Source: Candidatus Parvarchaeum sp.
GTDB lineage: Archaea > Nanobdellota > Nanobdellia > Parvarchaeales > Parvarchaeaceae
Assembly: GCA_049965555.1 (NCBI GenBank)
Contig: JBMFWF010000001.1
Location: 1-64,000, forward strand
DNA: 64,000 nt
Direction: 5' to 3'
Shown: piece after piece, positions 27,844-36,879 of the stretch
Numbering within the stretch: the first letter of the stretch is position 1
Layout: each line of letters begins with the position of its first letter
Notes under the pieces: model-generated
Seen by the model: only the letters and a program-made list of their open reading frames with translations
The model's database searches: none
What the model was told of the DNA's origin: nothing
Program-made: the position numbers and the translations under genes

Positions 27844-29319
27844 ATGGCAGAGACACCGGGAGAGAGCTTCATATTCATAGTTTTGGCGGTGATATTTATA
27901 ATAGTTATAGTAGCGATTGCCGGCTATCTTTTATTGGTTGGAGTAAACTTATCAAACAGCAGCATCTGCTACGTAAGCTCTGAATTCACCAACTTTTACT
28001 ATAATGGTCTGTGTGTATCGAATTTCTTTTGCCTTAGCAGCACTCTTAAAGCCATAGGGATAGGGCCACCACTTTTCGGCTGCACGACATCAACAGCGGG
28101 ATACGGCCCGGGCTCGAAACCATCTCAGGTATTTTCAACAGTAGCAACTGACCTGACAAGCTGCTGGAACCAATATGGTGCAAACCAAGGACTTACGGTT
28201 TTAACTAATTCGCCAGCAATCTGCTCCGTAGTAGATGTAAATATAAACCAGAACATAACGATAAATAACCTTACCAATTACCTTGGAAAAAACGCGTATA
28301 CGACGGAGGTTAGCTGTCTTAACCACACGCCTGTTCAATCCTGCTCTGATCCCTTGACAAGCTCTAATCCTAATGGATACTCATGTGATTTAAATGATCC
28401 TAGTTTGTGTGTTTCCCAATCATCTAATTATTTCAATTGCAAAAGTCAATCCGGTTACAACCCCTTTACACAAGGTTACACAACAAAATACATACCTTTA
28501 AATGGATCAAAACCGCCAACTGCTGCGATGAACCTTTCAGGTTATCTCTGCGAAGAATCCCAGGGCTGTTCTTTTAACACGACACTAGGAACTTGTTCGA
28601 CTCCGAATGGAACTACTTCTTCATGCACAGATTTGTACACTAACTTCTGCAATGGCAATAACTGCACTGTTGGCTATGATTCTATAACAGATTCTTATGA
28701 AGCTCCTTCTTCCTGTGTATTGACAGAACCAGTGAAAAGCACTTCAATAATAAATGAATCATATGCAGATTACTTAAAACCAGGAGATAATTTAATATTC
28801 AGCTATAAAAATGTTAGTAACCCGAGCCAAAGCGGGTTTGTGCCTCCAAACAGCAGCAGATCAATAAACAAAGCGCAGATATATATAGTTTACCTAAATT
28901 CTTTGGTAGGGACAAGGTTTCCCCCAAGCTCAATAAGCTTGCCGAGCGAATGCGAGCCGGCAACATTCCTTAACAATTATCCAACAGCTGGAATAGAATA
29001 TGAATGCTCAAGAGCAATTGCATCAGGAGTAGGTGCAAAGGTTCTTTCGCCTTCAAACCCTGGACTAATAGCTGGAGCTGCACTTGCGGGATTTGGAGCT
29101 TCGGAATGTTTTAATAACACAATATGCAAAGATGACATCGCACCGAATGTGCTTACTTACACAGGAAAACTTGCTTATTCGGCCTTGTATGCTACTGGAT
29201 TGGAGCAATGTGCACAGTCTTTGTTCTACTTCTTTGCTTCCTTGCCGCAAGAAATAGGCATATCAAAGCCAAACTTTTTAGGGAGGAATTTAATTTACAT
29301 ATGCGCAGTAACGAAGTAA
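27844..29319 (+). CDS. Cys-rich membrane-anchored exported protein
   Basis: N-terminal hydrophobic helix, 24 Cys in 491 aa. Confidence 0.78.
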   Translation: MAETPGESFIFIVLAVIFIIVIVAIAGYLLLVGVNLSNSSICYVSSEFTNFYYNGLCVSNFFCLSSTLKAIGIGPPLFGCTTSTAGYGPGSKPSQVFSTVATDLTSCWNQYGANQGLTVLTNSPAICSVVDVNINQNITINNLTNYLGKNAYTTEVSCLNHTPVQSCSDPLTSSNPNGYSCDLNDPSLCVSQSSNYFNCKSQSGYNPFTQGYTTKYIPLNGSKPPTAAMNLSGYLCEESQGCSFNTTLGTCSTPNGTTSSCTDLYTNFCNGNNCTVGYDSITDSYEAPSSCVLTEPVKSTSIINESYADYLKPGDNLIFSYKNVSNPSQSGFVPPNSSRSINKAQIYIVYLNSLVGTRFPPSSISLPSECEPATFLNNYPTAGIEYECSRAIASGVGAKVLSPSNPGLIAGAALAGFGASECFNNTICKDDIAPNVLTYTGKLAYSALYATGLEQCAQSLFYFFASLPQEIGISKPNFLGRNLIYICAVTK

Positions 29320-29768
29320 AGGGCGCAAGTGCAGTGGAGTATTTCATAGTTGTTATACTTCTTATTGCATTTTTAGTCATAGGGGTTGTGATAGCCAGTT
29401 CAGTCTTCCATTTTGCTATATTCCCATCAGGTGTAATAACAAGCGGAAGCGGCTCTCCTGTAGCATGCTCCGTAAATGTTACTAACATAAGCACTCCGTC
29501 AAAACAGAACACATTCAAGATAACAGTATCGGAAGGCAGCCCTGGATTAATTTACAAAGTTTTCGCAAGCAATACTGCTAAAAGTGCATCCCTTTCAATA
29601 ATAGGAAATTACACTGCGGGGATAAGCTCCTTTTCGACAGATTTAACCATTGCAAACCCTAGCATAAACACAGTTATCATAGGTAACACATCAGGCAGCA
29701 ATGTTTCAATAGATGGTATCAAGTACTCTCCGGGCGGAACGTGTGAAACTGAGATATTCGGCAGTTAG
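29301..29768 (+). CDS. pilin-like protein (class III signal peptide)
   Basis: MRSNEVKG|ASAVEY plus hydrophobic helix; start moved from 29208. Confidence 0.75.
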   Translation: MRSNEVKGASAVEYFIVVILLIAFLVIGVVIASSVFHFAIFPSGVITSGSGSPVACSVNVTNISTPSKQNTFKITVSEGSPGLIYKVFASNTAKSASLSIIGNYTAGISSFSTDLTIANPSINTVIIGNTSGSNVSIDGIKYSPGGTCETEIFGS

Positions 29769-31291
29769 ATGAAAGGATGGAGTGTGCCATCCTGCTTTAT
29801 TGTATCCGGGTTATCTTTTATGTTTTTTATTATCTTCTTCATGCTCTTCTCCCTTCTTTTTGAAAGCCAATAGTAGCCCTCGTCATTTGTCCCTCTTGTA
29901 ATAAGTATGAATATCCTGCCTGCAGAGAACCTGCCGACTCTGCCTCTGCGCTGTATGTTTCTTATTGCACTAGGTATGGTCTCATAAAATACCGCAAGAT
30001 CAACCCCTTTTATGGACATTCCCTCTTCGCTGACACTTGTTGAAACAAGCACATTGTACATGCCTGATTCAAAATCTCGTATTATGTTCACTTGCTCCTT
30101 CTGTGATAAACCTCCCTTTCCCTGGCCGATGAACCTTATAGGCCTTACCCCCGGTATCTTTGATATGCTGTTGTATATGACATCTACAGTGTCCCTGTAT
30201 TGTGCAAACACTATCGCCTTTTTTGACTCATTAAAGTTGTTTGTAAATATAATTTGAAGCTGCTTGAGCTTTGGATGCTCAATCCCTTTCTCCAATAATT
30301 CTACAGTTCTTTCCTTTATTTCAATGAACTTCTTGTTTGAAGAAAGGTCCTTATCTGTCTTTGCTTTCCCATTTTTTATTTTCTCCAAAAAATTTGAAAA
30401 CGCTAAAAGGCTCTGTGTCGACAAAAGATTGTAAGCGTGATATAGCTTCAAAATCTTTGAAGTCAGGATTATCCCTCTGATAAGATAATACGTCCTTTTT
30501 CCGCTGAACATCTGCTTTTGAAGGCTCTTCTGAAGCATAAGGATGGTTACTTTGTTTATCCTTGCTTTCTGGACGTTTTTAAGAAGGCCGATTTCCTGCA
30601 GCTCATTTATTGATTCGCTTATGAGCAGCTTTAGGCTGTTGGCAAGTTCAAGCATCTCCTGTGGAAGATCAACCTTTATCTCTTCTATGTATTTTTTCTG
30701 TATGTACGGTACGACGTCAGGATCGTCCTCTGATCTTATTTCAACATTGCTTATCTGCAGATTGCTGCATATTGTCTTTATCTTTTCCCTTTCGGACGCA
30801 GGAGAAGCTGTAAGCCCAAGGATTAGAGGATGAAAAGACTGCTCTGAGTATGTTTTTGCTATCTTGACATATGAGTAATTACCGATTGTATGATGCGCCT
30901 CATCTACTATAAGCAGGCTAAAATTCGAGAAGTCTATGATATTTTTGGACATGTCATTCTCTATTGTCTGAGGGGTAGCAAATATGAGCTGGGATTCCTC
31001 ATAGATTTTGCTCCTTTTGCTGCTTGATATGGAGCCGCTGGCTATGCCTTGACTTACTGCAAGCAATGAAGAAAATGTCTTATAATGCTGGTTTGCAAGA
31101 GGCTTTGTGGGCGCCAGGAAAAGAACCTTTGAAGAAGGATATTTCTCCAGCCTATAATCAACAAGCATCGCACTTATTATAGTTTTTCCAAGGCCTGTTG
31201 GCAGTACTACAAGGGTGTTGCCCGTTTTTGCAGTCTCAAATATCCTGTTCTGGTATTCTCTGTTTTCTATTTTTTCCTTAAAAAGTGTCAT
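29765..31291 (-). CDS. hef: Hef/FANCM-like SF2 helicase without nuclease domain
   Basis: REYQ, LPTGLGKT, DEAH, TASP, HPKL, QRRGRVGR; ends at 508 aa. Confidence 0.9.
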   Translation of the reverse strand: MTLFKEKIENREYQNRIFETAKTGNTLVVLPTGLGKTIISAMLVDYRLEKYPSSKVLFLAPTKPLANQHYKTFSSLLAVSQGIASGSISSSKRSKIYEESQLIFATPQTIENDMSKNIIDFSNFSLLIVDEAHHTIGNYSYVKIAKTYSEQSFHPLILGLTASPASEREKIKTICSNLQISNVEIRSEDDPDVVPYIQKKYIEEIKVDLPQEMLELANSLKLLISESINELQEIGLLKNVQKARINKVTILMLQKSLQKQMFSGKRTYYLIRGIILTSKILKLYHAYNLLSTQSLLAFSNFLEKIKNGKAKTDKDLSSNKKFIEIKERTVELLEKGIEHPKLKQLQIIFTNNFNESKKAIVFAQYRDTVDVIYNSISKIPGVRPIRFIGQGKGGLSQKEQVNIIRDFESGMYNVLVSTSVSEEGMSIKGVDLAVFYETIPSAIRNIQRRGRVGRFSAGRIFILITRGTNDEGYYWLSKRREKSMKKIIKNIKDNPDTIKQDGTLHPFI

Positions 31292-31867
31292 TTACACACT
31301 CTCAGCTTTTCCGCTCTTTATAAGTATCTGCGCTACATCTTTGTCTATTTCAATTACATTTGGAAAACTGAAAGGCCCGTAAGATTTGTCGTTTCTCCAA
31401 ACGAATTTTGGTATGTCTGACAATATCTTTATGACTACCTTCTCGCTTTCGCTATCGTTGCTCTCCACTTTCTGCAGCTTCTTTGGCTCTATTGACTTTA
31501 CTTCAGTTATTACTCCTGATTTATACTGCTTGGAGAGATTAAGAAGGTTGTCAAAAAATATTATCTCCTTGGAAAGCATGTTCGCCTTTGCCTGCTCGCT
31601 GTCGGCATCAAGTATGGCCATTGATGCGATTTTAAGCATCCTCAGGTTTATTATCTGCTCCAGCGTTGAGATTGCGTTCTTTATCTGTGTTGATATCTCC
31701 TCCAACTTCTTTTCATCATTCATTTTCTTTGCCTCTTCTAATGAGTTTTTGTTTATGGCTATGTATTCCTTCATCTCTTCAAGGAGCTCATCATTGAACT
31801 TTGTCAGAGTCCGATTATCTTCCTGCTCCTGCCTCCTTATTCTTAAAAATTCACTGTAAGTAATCAT
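31292..31867 (-). CDS. gins: DNA replication GINS subunit (Gins15-type)
   Basis: Helical A domain (R..KI), C-terminal B domain IPKFV...YGPF...A.ILI..G.AE. Confidence 0.8.
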   Translation of the reverse strand: MITYSEFLRIRRQEQEDNRTLTKFNDELLEEMKEYIAINKNSLEEAKKMNDEKKLEEISTQIKNAISTLEQIINLRMLKIASMAILDADSEQAKANMLSKEIIFFDNLLNLSKQYKSGVITEVKSIEPKKLQKVESNDSESEKVVIKILSDIPKFVWRNDKSYGPFSFPNVIEIDKDVAQILIKSGKAESV

Positions 31868-31899
31868 AATCCCTAATAGCTTCCGAAAGTATAAAAATG

Positions 31900-32061
31900 T
31901 TAATATGCATTCTTAAAGCCTGCCATTATTGAAGAGCTTATTCCAGAAAAAAACCCGGAAATATCTTTAGACAGCGCAGACGGGCCTACTAAAAACAAAT
32001 AGACTAAAAGGAGCGTTATTCCCAAGATGACGGCTATGACATAAAACCAGACGGATTCCAT
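31900..32061 (-). CDS. 53-aa single-TM mini-pilin-like protein (array gene 4)
   Basis: MESVWFYVIAVILGITLLLVYLFLVGPSALSKDISGFFSGISSSIMAGFKNAY*; starts 1 nt after upstream stop; no KG leader. Confidence 0.65.
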   Translation of the reverse strand: MESVWFYVIAVILGITLLLVYLFLVGPSALSKDISGFFSGISSSIMAGFKNAY

Positions 32062-32062
32062 G

Positions 32063-32203
32063 CTATATGTTTGGAACTGTCGGTATGAGTTTATGTATTG
32101 TGGCTGGCGAGAACAAGAAGAGGTAGAACACTATCAATAGTATGAGAACTATCAGCGTTATTATTATAAGCAGTATATAGCTTTCTACCCCTTTATTATT
32201 CAT
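32063..32203 (-). CDS. 46-aa mini-pilin-like protein (array gene 3)
   Basis: MNNKG|VESYILLIIITLIVLILLIVFYLFLFSPATIHKLIPTVPNI*. Confidence 0.75.
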   Translation of the reverse strand: MNNKGVESYILLIIITLIVLILLIVFYLFLFSPATIHKLIPTVPNI

Positions 32204-32366
32204 AACCGCTCACATTTAGACTATTTGACTTCGATATAAATACTTTAAAGAGATTCGTAAATTTGTACGGCGTAAAAAGCTCTAAAAATATAACTATAAG
32301 CAGTATCCCGATTATTATCAAAATTATGTACAGAAAAACCCCGCTTACAACACCTTTGTCATTCAT
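32196..32366 (-). CDS. 56-aa mini-pilin-like protein (array gene 2)
   Basis: MNDKG|VVSGVFLYIILIIIGILLIVIFLELFTPYKFTNLFKVFISKSNSLNVSGYE*; ATGA overlap. Confidence 0.75.
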   Translation of the reverse strand: MNDKGVVSGVFLYIILIIIGILLIVIFLELFTPYKFTNLFKVFISKSNSLNVSGYE

Positions 32367-32536
32367 ATGCCCTTGCCGTAAAGCCAGCTAAATGAGAAAA
32401 CGCTCGTCATATCCTTTGCGATCGTTGAACCGGCTCCTGTAAATATTAAACCTATTATTATACCTGCAAACAAAACTATAATTGCCAGTATTATAGCAAT
32501 TATCTCGGTTATAGGCATCTGTCCTTTGTTGTTCAT
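32363..32536 (-). CDS. 57-aa mini-pilin-like protein (array gene 1)
   Basis: MNNKG|QMPITEIIAIILAIIVLFAGIIIGLIFTGAGSTIAKDMTSVFSFSWLYGKGI*; 2 nt after stop of the 575-aa gene. Confidence 0.78.
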   Translation of the reverse strand: MNNKGQMPITEIIAIILAIIVLFAGIIIGLIFTGAGSTIAKDMTSVFSFSWLYGKGI

Positions 32537-32538
32537 AA

Positions 32539-34266
32539 TCAATTCACCGAAAAAGGAGGCTTCCAGTTCAAAAGGCCAACTCTCTTCTTTAACTCATCAT
32601 ATATATATGCGGCATCTTTATCGGCAATAAACAAACCAAGCTCAAGTGCTCTTTTAATATCGGATTGTGTAAAACGCTTTGAATTGACAAGCATTTCATA
32701 TATCTCTGCCTGCTCTGCAGAAAAACTTGCCTTGTGTTTTTCGGCAGAGGATATTGTAGAAAATGACTTTGAAATGCCTGAAAAGTCGTCCTTAAATGCC
32801 CTATAAATGTCCATAAAAGCGTATTCCTTCTGAGGCTTCTTCTCTTTTTTCTTCTTTTCTTCTTCATCAGCTTCCTTAACGTATTTGTCAATATCGGCCT
32901 GTATAACGCTGAGAGAACGAAAAATTGCCTGATCGACGGCCGCAAACACAGTTTTCTGTATATTTGCGATGTGCGCCTTCTTATAAAGGTAGTACTCTTC
33001 TGGTGTAAAGCAGTATGGAAACATGTTGAAGTATATCGTTCCTTCATAAGGAGGCTGAAGAGCTTCCTTGCTTGGCTTTTCCTTAAAGTCCATCTTCAAT
33101 TTTATTGCCATTATTACAAGCGGCCCGTATTTTTTTATCCTGTCATAAATGAATGATCTTTTATTCTCTTCATATCCTCTTGAAATTAGGTTGCTGGCTA
33201 TGCTTTTAGGCTCTGCCTTTATTGGTATTTCTGGGCCCTTGTTTTTAAACAGCCTAACGTACTCTGCATCGTACTCTTTTGCATATATCGGCTTGCTTCC
33301 GACAGCAGTTACAGAAAAACTTTCATTCTCGAATATATCTGGCTTGCTTGCGCCCTCTACGTATCTTTCTGCATTTTTAGATGTTTTAAAGCCCATCTTC
33401 GCAAGGAGCGAAAGATAAGTTGAGCACCAATCGACATATAAGTTGAATGAGCCCATCTGGCTCTTAAGATATTGCAGAAGCATGCTTTTCCTGTTTCTAA
33501 GGTCATTACCATTTATTTCTTTCCATTTTTCATACTCAATGTACCTATTTTTCAGTATATTTTTATACTGCTCATTTCTATCGATATTCTGCACATCTTT
33601 CAAACTTTTAACCTGGTAAAAAACCGACATTATATCTATAAATCCTGGCCCCCCCTGACTTTGAGTTGGAGACCTGGAAAGCGCAGAAAGACTTGCTCCG
33701 CCCTTTCTTGAATCAACATTGTCCAAAAACACCCTTTTTAATGCGAGTTCCGCTGCCTCTGCTTTTTCTTTGTCCGTATCCTTTAATTCATCATATAAGT
33801 ATAGGTTCCTTTCAAGCTCCTTAAGTTCGTAGATTATAGCTATAATAGATTTAAGAACAGTGTTTATATTCCCAAGAAGCTGCATTACTCTGTCTTCCAA
33901 GTTCTTCCTTTTCTCAAAAACCATGTTCATTAAACTAGACAAGGAAGAAGGATCAACCGATTCTGCAGTTCTTATGGATCTATAACCCAATGCTCCAAAC
34001 ATCTGCATAACAGAGTAGTACTCAGGCTGAAAATGGTATCTTTTGTATATATCCTTTGTGAACTTATAGCCTTCCGGGTTGCCAACAAACCCTGGGTTTG
34101 GTATTTCTTCCCCGGAGGCGTACCTGAAATCAATCTCGCCCCTGTAGTGAGAATCGCTGCTGGAAGCCCTTGCTTCTAATTCGCTTATCCATTTTTGTAT
34201 GTAGTTAACATCTGTTTTTGGGTCATTGAACTTCTTTGCTATCTCGCTTATCTCCCGTATGTTCAT
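32539..34266 (-). CDS. large uncharacterised soluble protein (575 aa)
   Basis: Long ORF, helical/coiled-coil character, no signal peptide or Walker A seen. Confidence 0.8.
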   Translation of the reverse strand: MNIREISEIAKKFNDPKTDVNYIQKWISELEARASSSDSHYRGEIDFRYASGEEIPNPGFVGNPEGYKFTKDIYKRYHFQPEYYSVMQMFGALGYRSIRTAESVDPSSLSSLMNMVFEKRKNLEDRVMQLLGNINTVLKSIIAIIYELKELERNLYLYDELKDTDKEKAEAAELALKRVFLDNVDSRKGGASLSALSRSPTQSQGGPGFIDIMSVFYQVKSLKDVQNIDRNEQYKNILKNRYIEYEKWKEINGNDLRNRKSMLLQYLKSQMGSFNLYVDWCSTYLSLLAKMGFKTSKNAERYVEGASKPDIFENESFSVTAVGSKPIYAKEYDAEYVRLFKNKGPEIPIKAEPKSIASNLISRGYEENKRSFIYDRIKKYGPLVIMAIKLKMDFKEKPSKEALQPPYEGTIYFNMFPYCFTPEEYYLYKKAHIANIQKTVFAAVDQAIFRSLSVIQADIDKYVKEADEEEKKKKEKKPQKEYAFMDIYRAFKDDFSGISKSFSTISSAEKHKASFSAEQAEIYEMLVNSKRFTQSDIKRALELGLFIADKDAAYIYDELKKRVGLLNWKPPFSVN

Positions 34267-34416
34267 AAATCTTATTAGATACTCTTAATTTAAATAATGT
34301 TATATACAAATGCGCATATTAGAGGGCTTATCATTTTATACAAAAAACTAGCAAAATGAAAAAATTAGCAAAGACTTATAAATAATCAGAGTCATAATCA
34401 CATAAATGGAGGTATT

Positions 34417-35502
34417 ATGCATCAAACAGAGAACATAAATCCGATAGAAGCGACTTTAAACAAGCTTTTTTCGACAATAGACGCACTGTCGTCAAAAATA
34501 GATGAACTTAATGAAAGAGTAGATTATATGGGCTCGTTTATAGGTCTAGAAATTGGGGAAGGTGAAAACGCTGAATCAGTTGAACCGCCAGGACAGCTTG
34601 CGGGCTTATCATTTGACATATTAAATAAGGTTCTCCCATCTAAGGATGCAAACTCAATAAGAGCGTATTTCCTAAGGGTTTTAAGCCTTTTCAGAAGATA
34701 TATAAAATCGATAGTTATATTCGGCAGCTCGAAGACAAAGACTGGCATGACAAGCACTTCTGATATAGACGTCGCATTCATAGTTGATGATACAGACATA
34801 CAAAAATTCACTCTTGAACAACTTAGGGATAGGTTGTTCGCGAAAATGGCCGAGATAGCAAGGGATTTCTCTGACAAAATACATGCACAGGCATACCCTC
34901 TTTCTGAATTCTGGGGTTCAATAATAAAGCCTAATCCTGTCATACTTACTTTGTTAAGAGACGGTGTAGCAGTCTACGATACCGGTTTCTTTGTCCCTAT
35001 ACAGATGCTTTACAAAACTGGAAATATAATACCGACAGTAGAGTCTATAAACGCAAATGTGGAAAATGCAGAGGGCCTTATAATGCTTGCTGAAAATGTA
35101 TTGACTACGAAACTGAGTTTGGACCTATACAATTCAGTGGTTGCAGCTGGCCAGGCCCTATTGATGGAATATGGATATCTGCCGCCAGTACCAAAACAGG
35201 TTGCTAAAGAATTAGAGGACATAGCTGTAGCAAAGGAAAAAGTGCTTACACATGAGGATGTAGAAAAGGTGGATGAGATAGTGAAATGGTTTAAGAGGAT
35301 AGATCATGGGGAAGTCAAAGAAATAACTGGTGAGGAGTTCGACAAAAAGCTAAAAGACAGCAAGTACATTGTAGAAAAGATAACTTCTATAATAGAAAAA
35401 CTAAGGGAGAAGAAAGGAGAAGCGAAACCTATAATAGACAAAGATTTATTAAAGCAAACTGACAAAGAAATAAAGGATAAATACCTGCAAAAGGAGGAAT
35501 GA
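34417..35502 (+). CDS. nucleotidyltransferase (MNT) + HEPN-like fusion protein
   Basis: IVIFGS...SDIDV motif followed by helical region LYNSVVAAGQALL. Confidence 0.75.
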   Translation: MHQTENINPIEATLNKLFSTIDALSSKIDELNERVDYMGSFIGLEIGEGENAESVEPPGQLAGLSFDILNKVLPSKDANSIRAYFLRVLSLFRRYIKSIVIFGSSKTKTGMTSTSDIDVAFIVDDTDIQKFTLEQLRDRLFAKMAEIARDFSDKIHAQAYPLSEFWGSIIKPNPVILTLLRDGVAVYDTGFFVPIQMLYKTGNIIPTVESINANVENAEGLIMLAENVLTTKLSLDLYNSVVAAGQALLMEYGYLPPVPKQVAKELEDIAVAKEKVLTHEDVEKVDEIVKWFKRIDHGEVKEITGEEFDKKLKDSKYIVEKITSIIEKLREKKGEAKPIIDKDLLKQTDKEIKDKYLQKEE

Positions 35503-35503
35503 T

Positions 35504-35755
35504 ATGGCAAAACTTTTATCGTATAGAAGGGGAAGGAAAACTCAAAAAGTCAATCAAGCAATAGCAAAAATAGACAAGGTCGACAGCAGAGAAGAGGCAA
35601 AAAAATTTATAGGGAAAAAGGTTGAGATCGCATTCTCCAAGTCATCAATAAAAGGCGTTATAGTTAAAGCCCATGGCGGAAAGGGCAGGGTAGTAATAAG
35701 GTTCAGAAGAGGCCTTCCAGGCCAGGCGATGAACCAAGAGATAAAGCTTTCTTAG
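35504..35755 (+). CDS. rpl35ae: 50S ribosomal protein L35Ae
   Basis: SYRRGRKTQ..NQ, HG..G.V..RFRRGLPGQA. Confidence 0.95.
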   Translation: MAKLLSYRRGRKTQKVNQAIAKIDKVDSREEAKKFIGKKVEIAFSKSSIKGVIVKAHGGKGRVVIRFRRGLPGQAMNQEIKLS

Positions 35756-35757
35756 TT

Positions 35758-36828
35758 TTATTTCAAACGCACCGTATTTAAAAGATCTTGGAAACTACCG
35801 GCTGTTCTAAAGCCCTTTGGAGATAAGACCGTTCTGTCTTTGAAGCTTGACATAGGCAGTTCTGGCTGTTTCAGAAATGAAGAAATCTCGCTTGTAGTGT
35901 AGTACGAGAAAACATCCAATTCCTTTAAAACGGCTGTAAGATACTTTGACAATTTTGCAATTGAATCTTTAGAAAGGTTTGCTTTGTTTTCCTTTATACT
36001 AGAAAGCATAATGTTTACATCTTTTCTGCTGTATAAAGGCCCAAGCCATAACTTTCCAATCTTATGCATTTTAGAGCCGCAATAACTGCATTTGATTGCA
36101 GCGGCAGTCTGCCTTGACGGGCACTTGCTGCATTGATACGCATATCCAATGCTTCCTTTCAATTTAGAATTAGTCGACTTGAAATATACTCTTATAAAAT
36201 TGCCTTCAAAATTGAAAATGATGGGCAGAAGAGTGATAGAGTGCATCTTAGCGGCTTCTAATACCTTTTTTATAAGTATTCTTATCGCAAGCTCGTTGCT
36301 GTATGAAGTTTTAAGTGAAACTGAGTTGTACTTCCGCAAGCATGCTTTCTTTGCACTGCCCATTAAAGCGGCCGTATCAGTTGCACTTACGGCGAGAATT
36401 CCTCCCTTTCTAAGAAATTCAAGCGAAGAATCGAGATAAAAAACAGGTGAGCCGAAAGGATCAATGTCTATGTAATCGTATTTTTTACTTGATTTAAAGG
36501 AAGCTGCATCCATGCTTGTTACAATTTTATCTGTTTTTAAAAGCTTCCTCTTGTTTATTTCTATATTGCGTTCTATTATTTCCCTTGATTTTATGTCATT
36601 GAAATCAAAAGCAGAAAACTTTCCTGTTTCAATGCACAGCCTCAAAGCCCTAATGCCACTGCCGGAAAAAAGCTCCAAACCCGTAGAATTTTCGCGCATT
36701 AAAGAAGAAACTAGGAGTACATTGAGGTCTCTGTCAAATTTTCTTTTTGGATTGAAGAATACTTCCGCCTTTTTAAGCTGTTTGTCTTCTGCAAAAAACC
36801 TGACTTTGCCTTCACTAAAAAAATCCAT
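35758..36828 (-). CDS. trm1: tRNA (guanine26-N2)-dimethyltransferase
   Basis: VFFNP....RD, SGSGIRALR, DIDPFGSP, ATD.A.L.G, GKLW.GPL. Confidence 0.92.
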   Translation of the reverse strand: MDFFSEGKVRFFAEDKQLKKAEVFFNPKRKFDRDLNVLLVSSLMRENSTGLELFSGSGIRALRLCIETGKFSAFDFNDIKSREIIERNIEINKRKLLKTDKIVTSMDAASFKSSKKYDYIDIDPFGSPVFYLDSSLEFLRKGGILAVSATDTAALMGSAKKACLRKYNSVSLKTSYSNELAIRILIKKVLEAAKMHSITLLPIIFNFEGNFIRVYFKSTNSKLKGSIGYAYQCSKCPSRQTAAAIKCSYCGSKMHKIGKLWLGPLYSRKDVNIMLSSIKENKANLSKDSIAKLSKYLTAVLKELDVFSYYTTSEISSFLKQPELPMSSFKDRTVLSPKGFRTAGSFQDLLNTVRLK

Positions 36829-36879
36829 AATAATAAAAAGGCATGTAGGTCTTTAATAAGATTTTTTTGACACTGCAGT

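Noticed and set aside
32589-33047. 152-aa same-strand alternative-frame ORF inside the 575-aa gene
   Set aside because: Low-complexity Arg/Lys product from a purine-rich stretch; no start signal or motif
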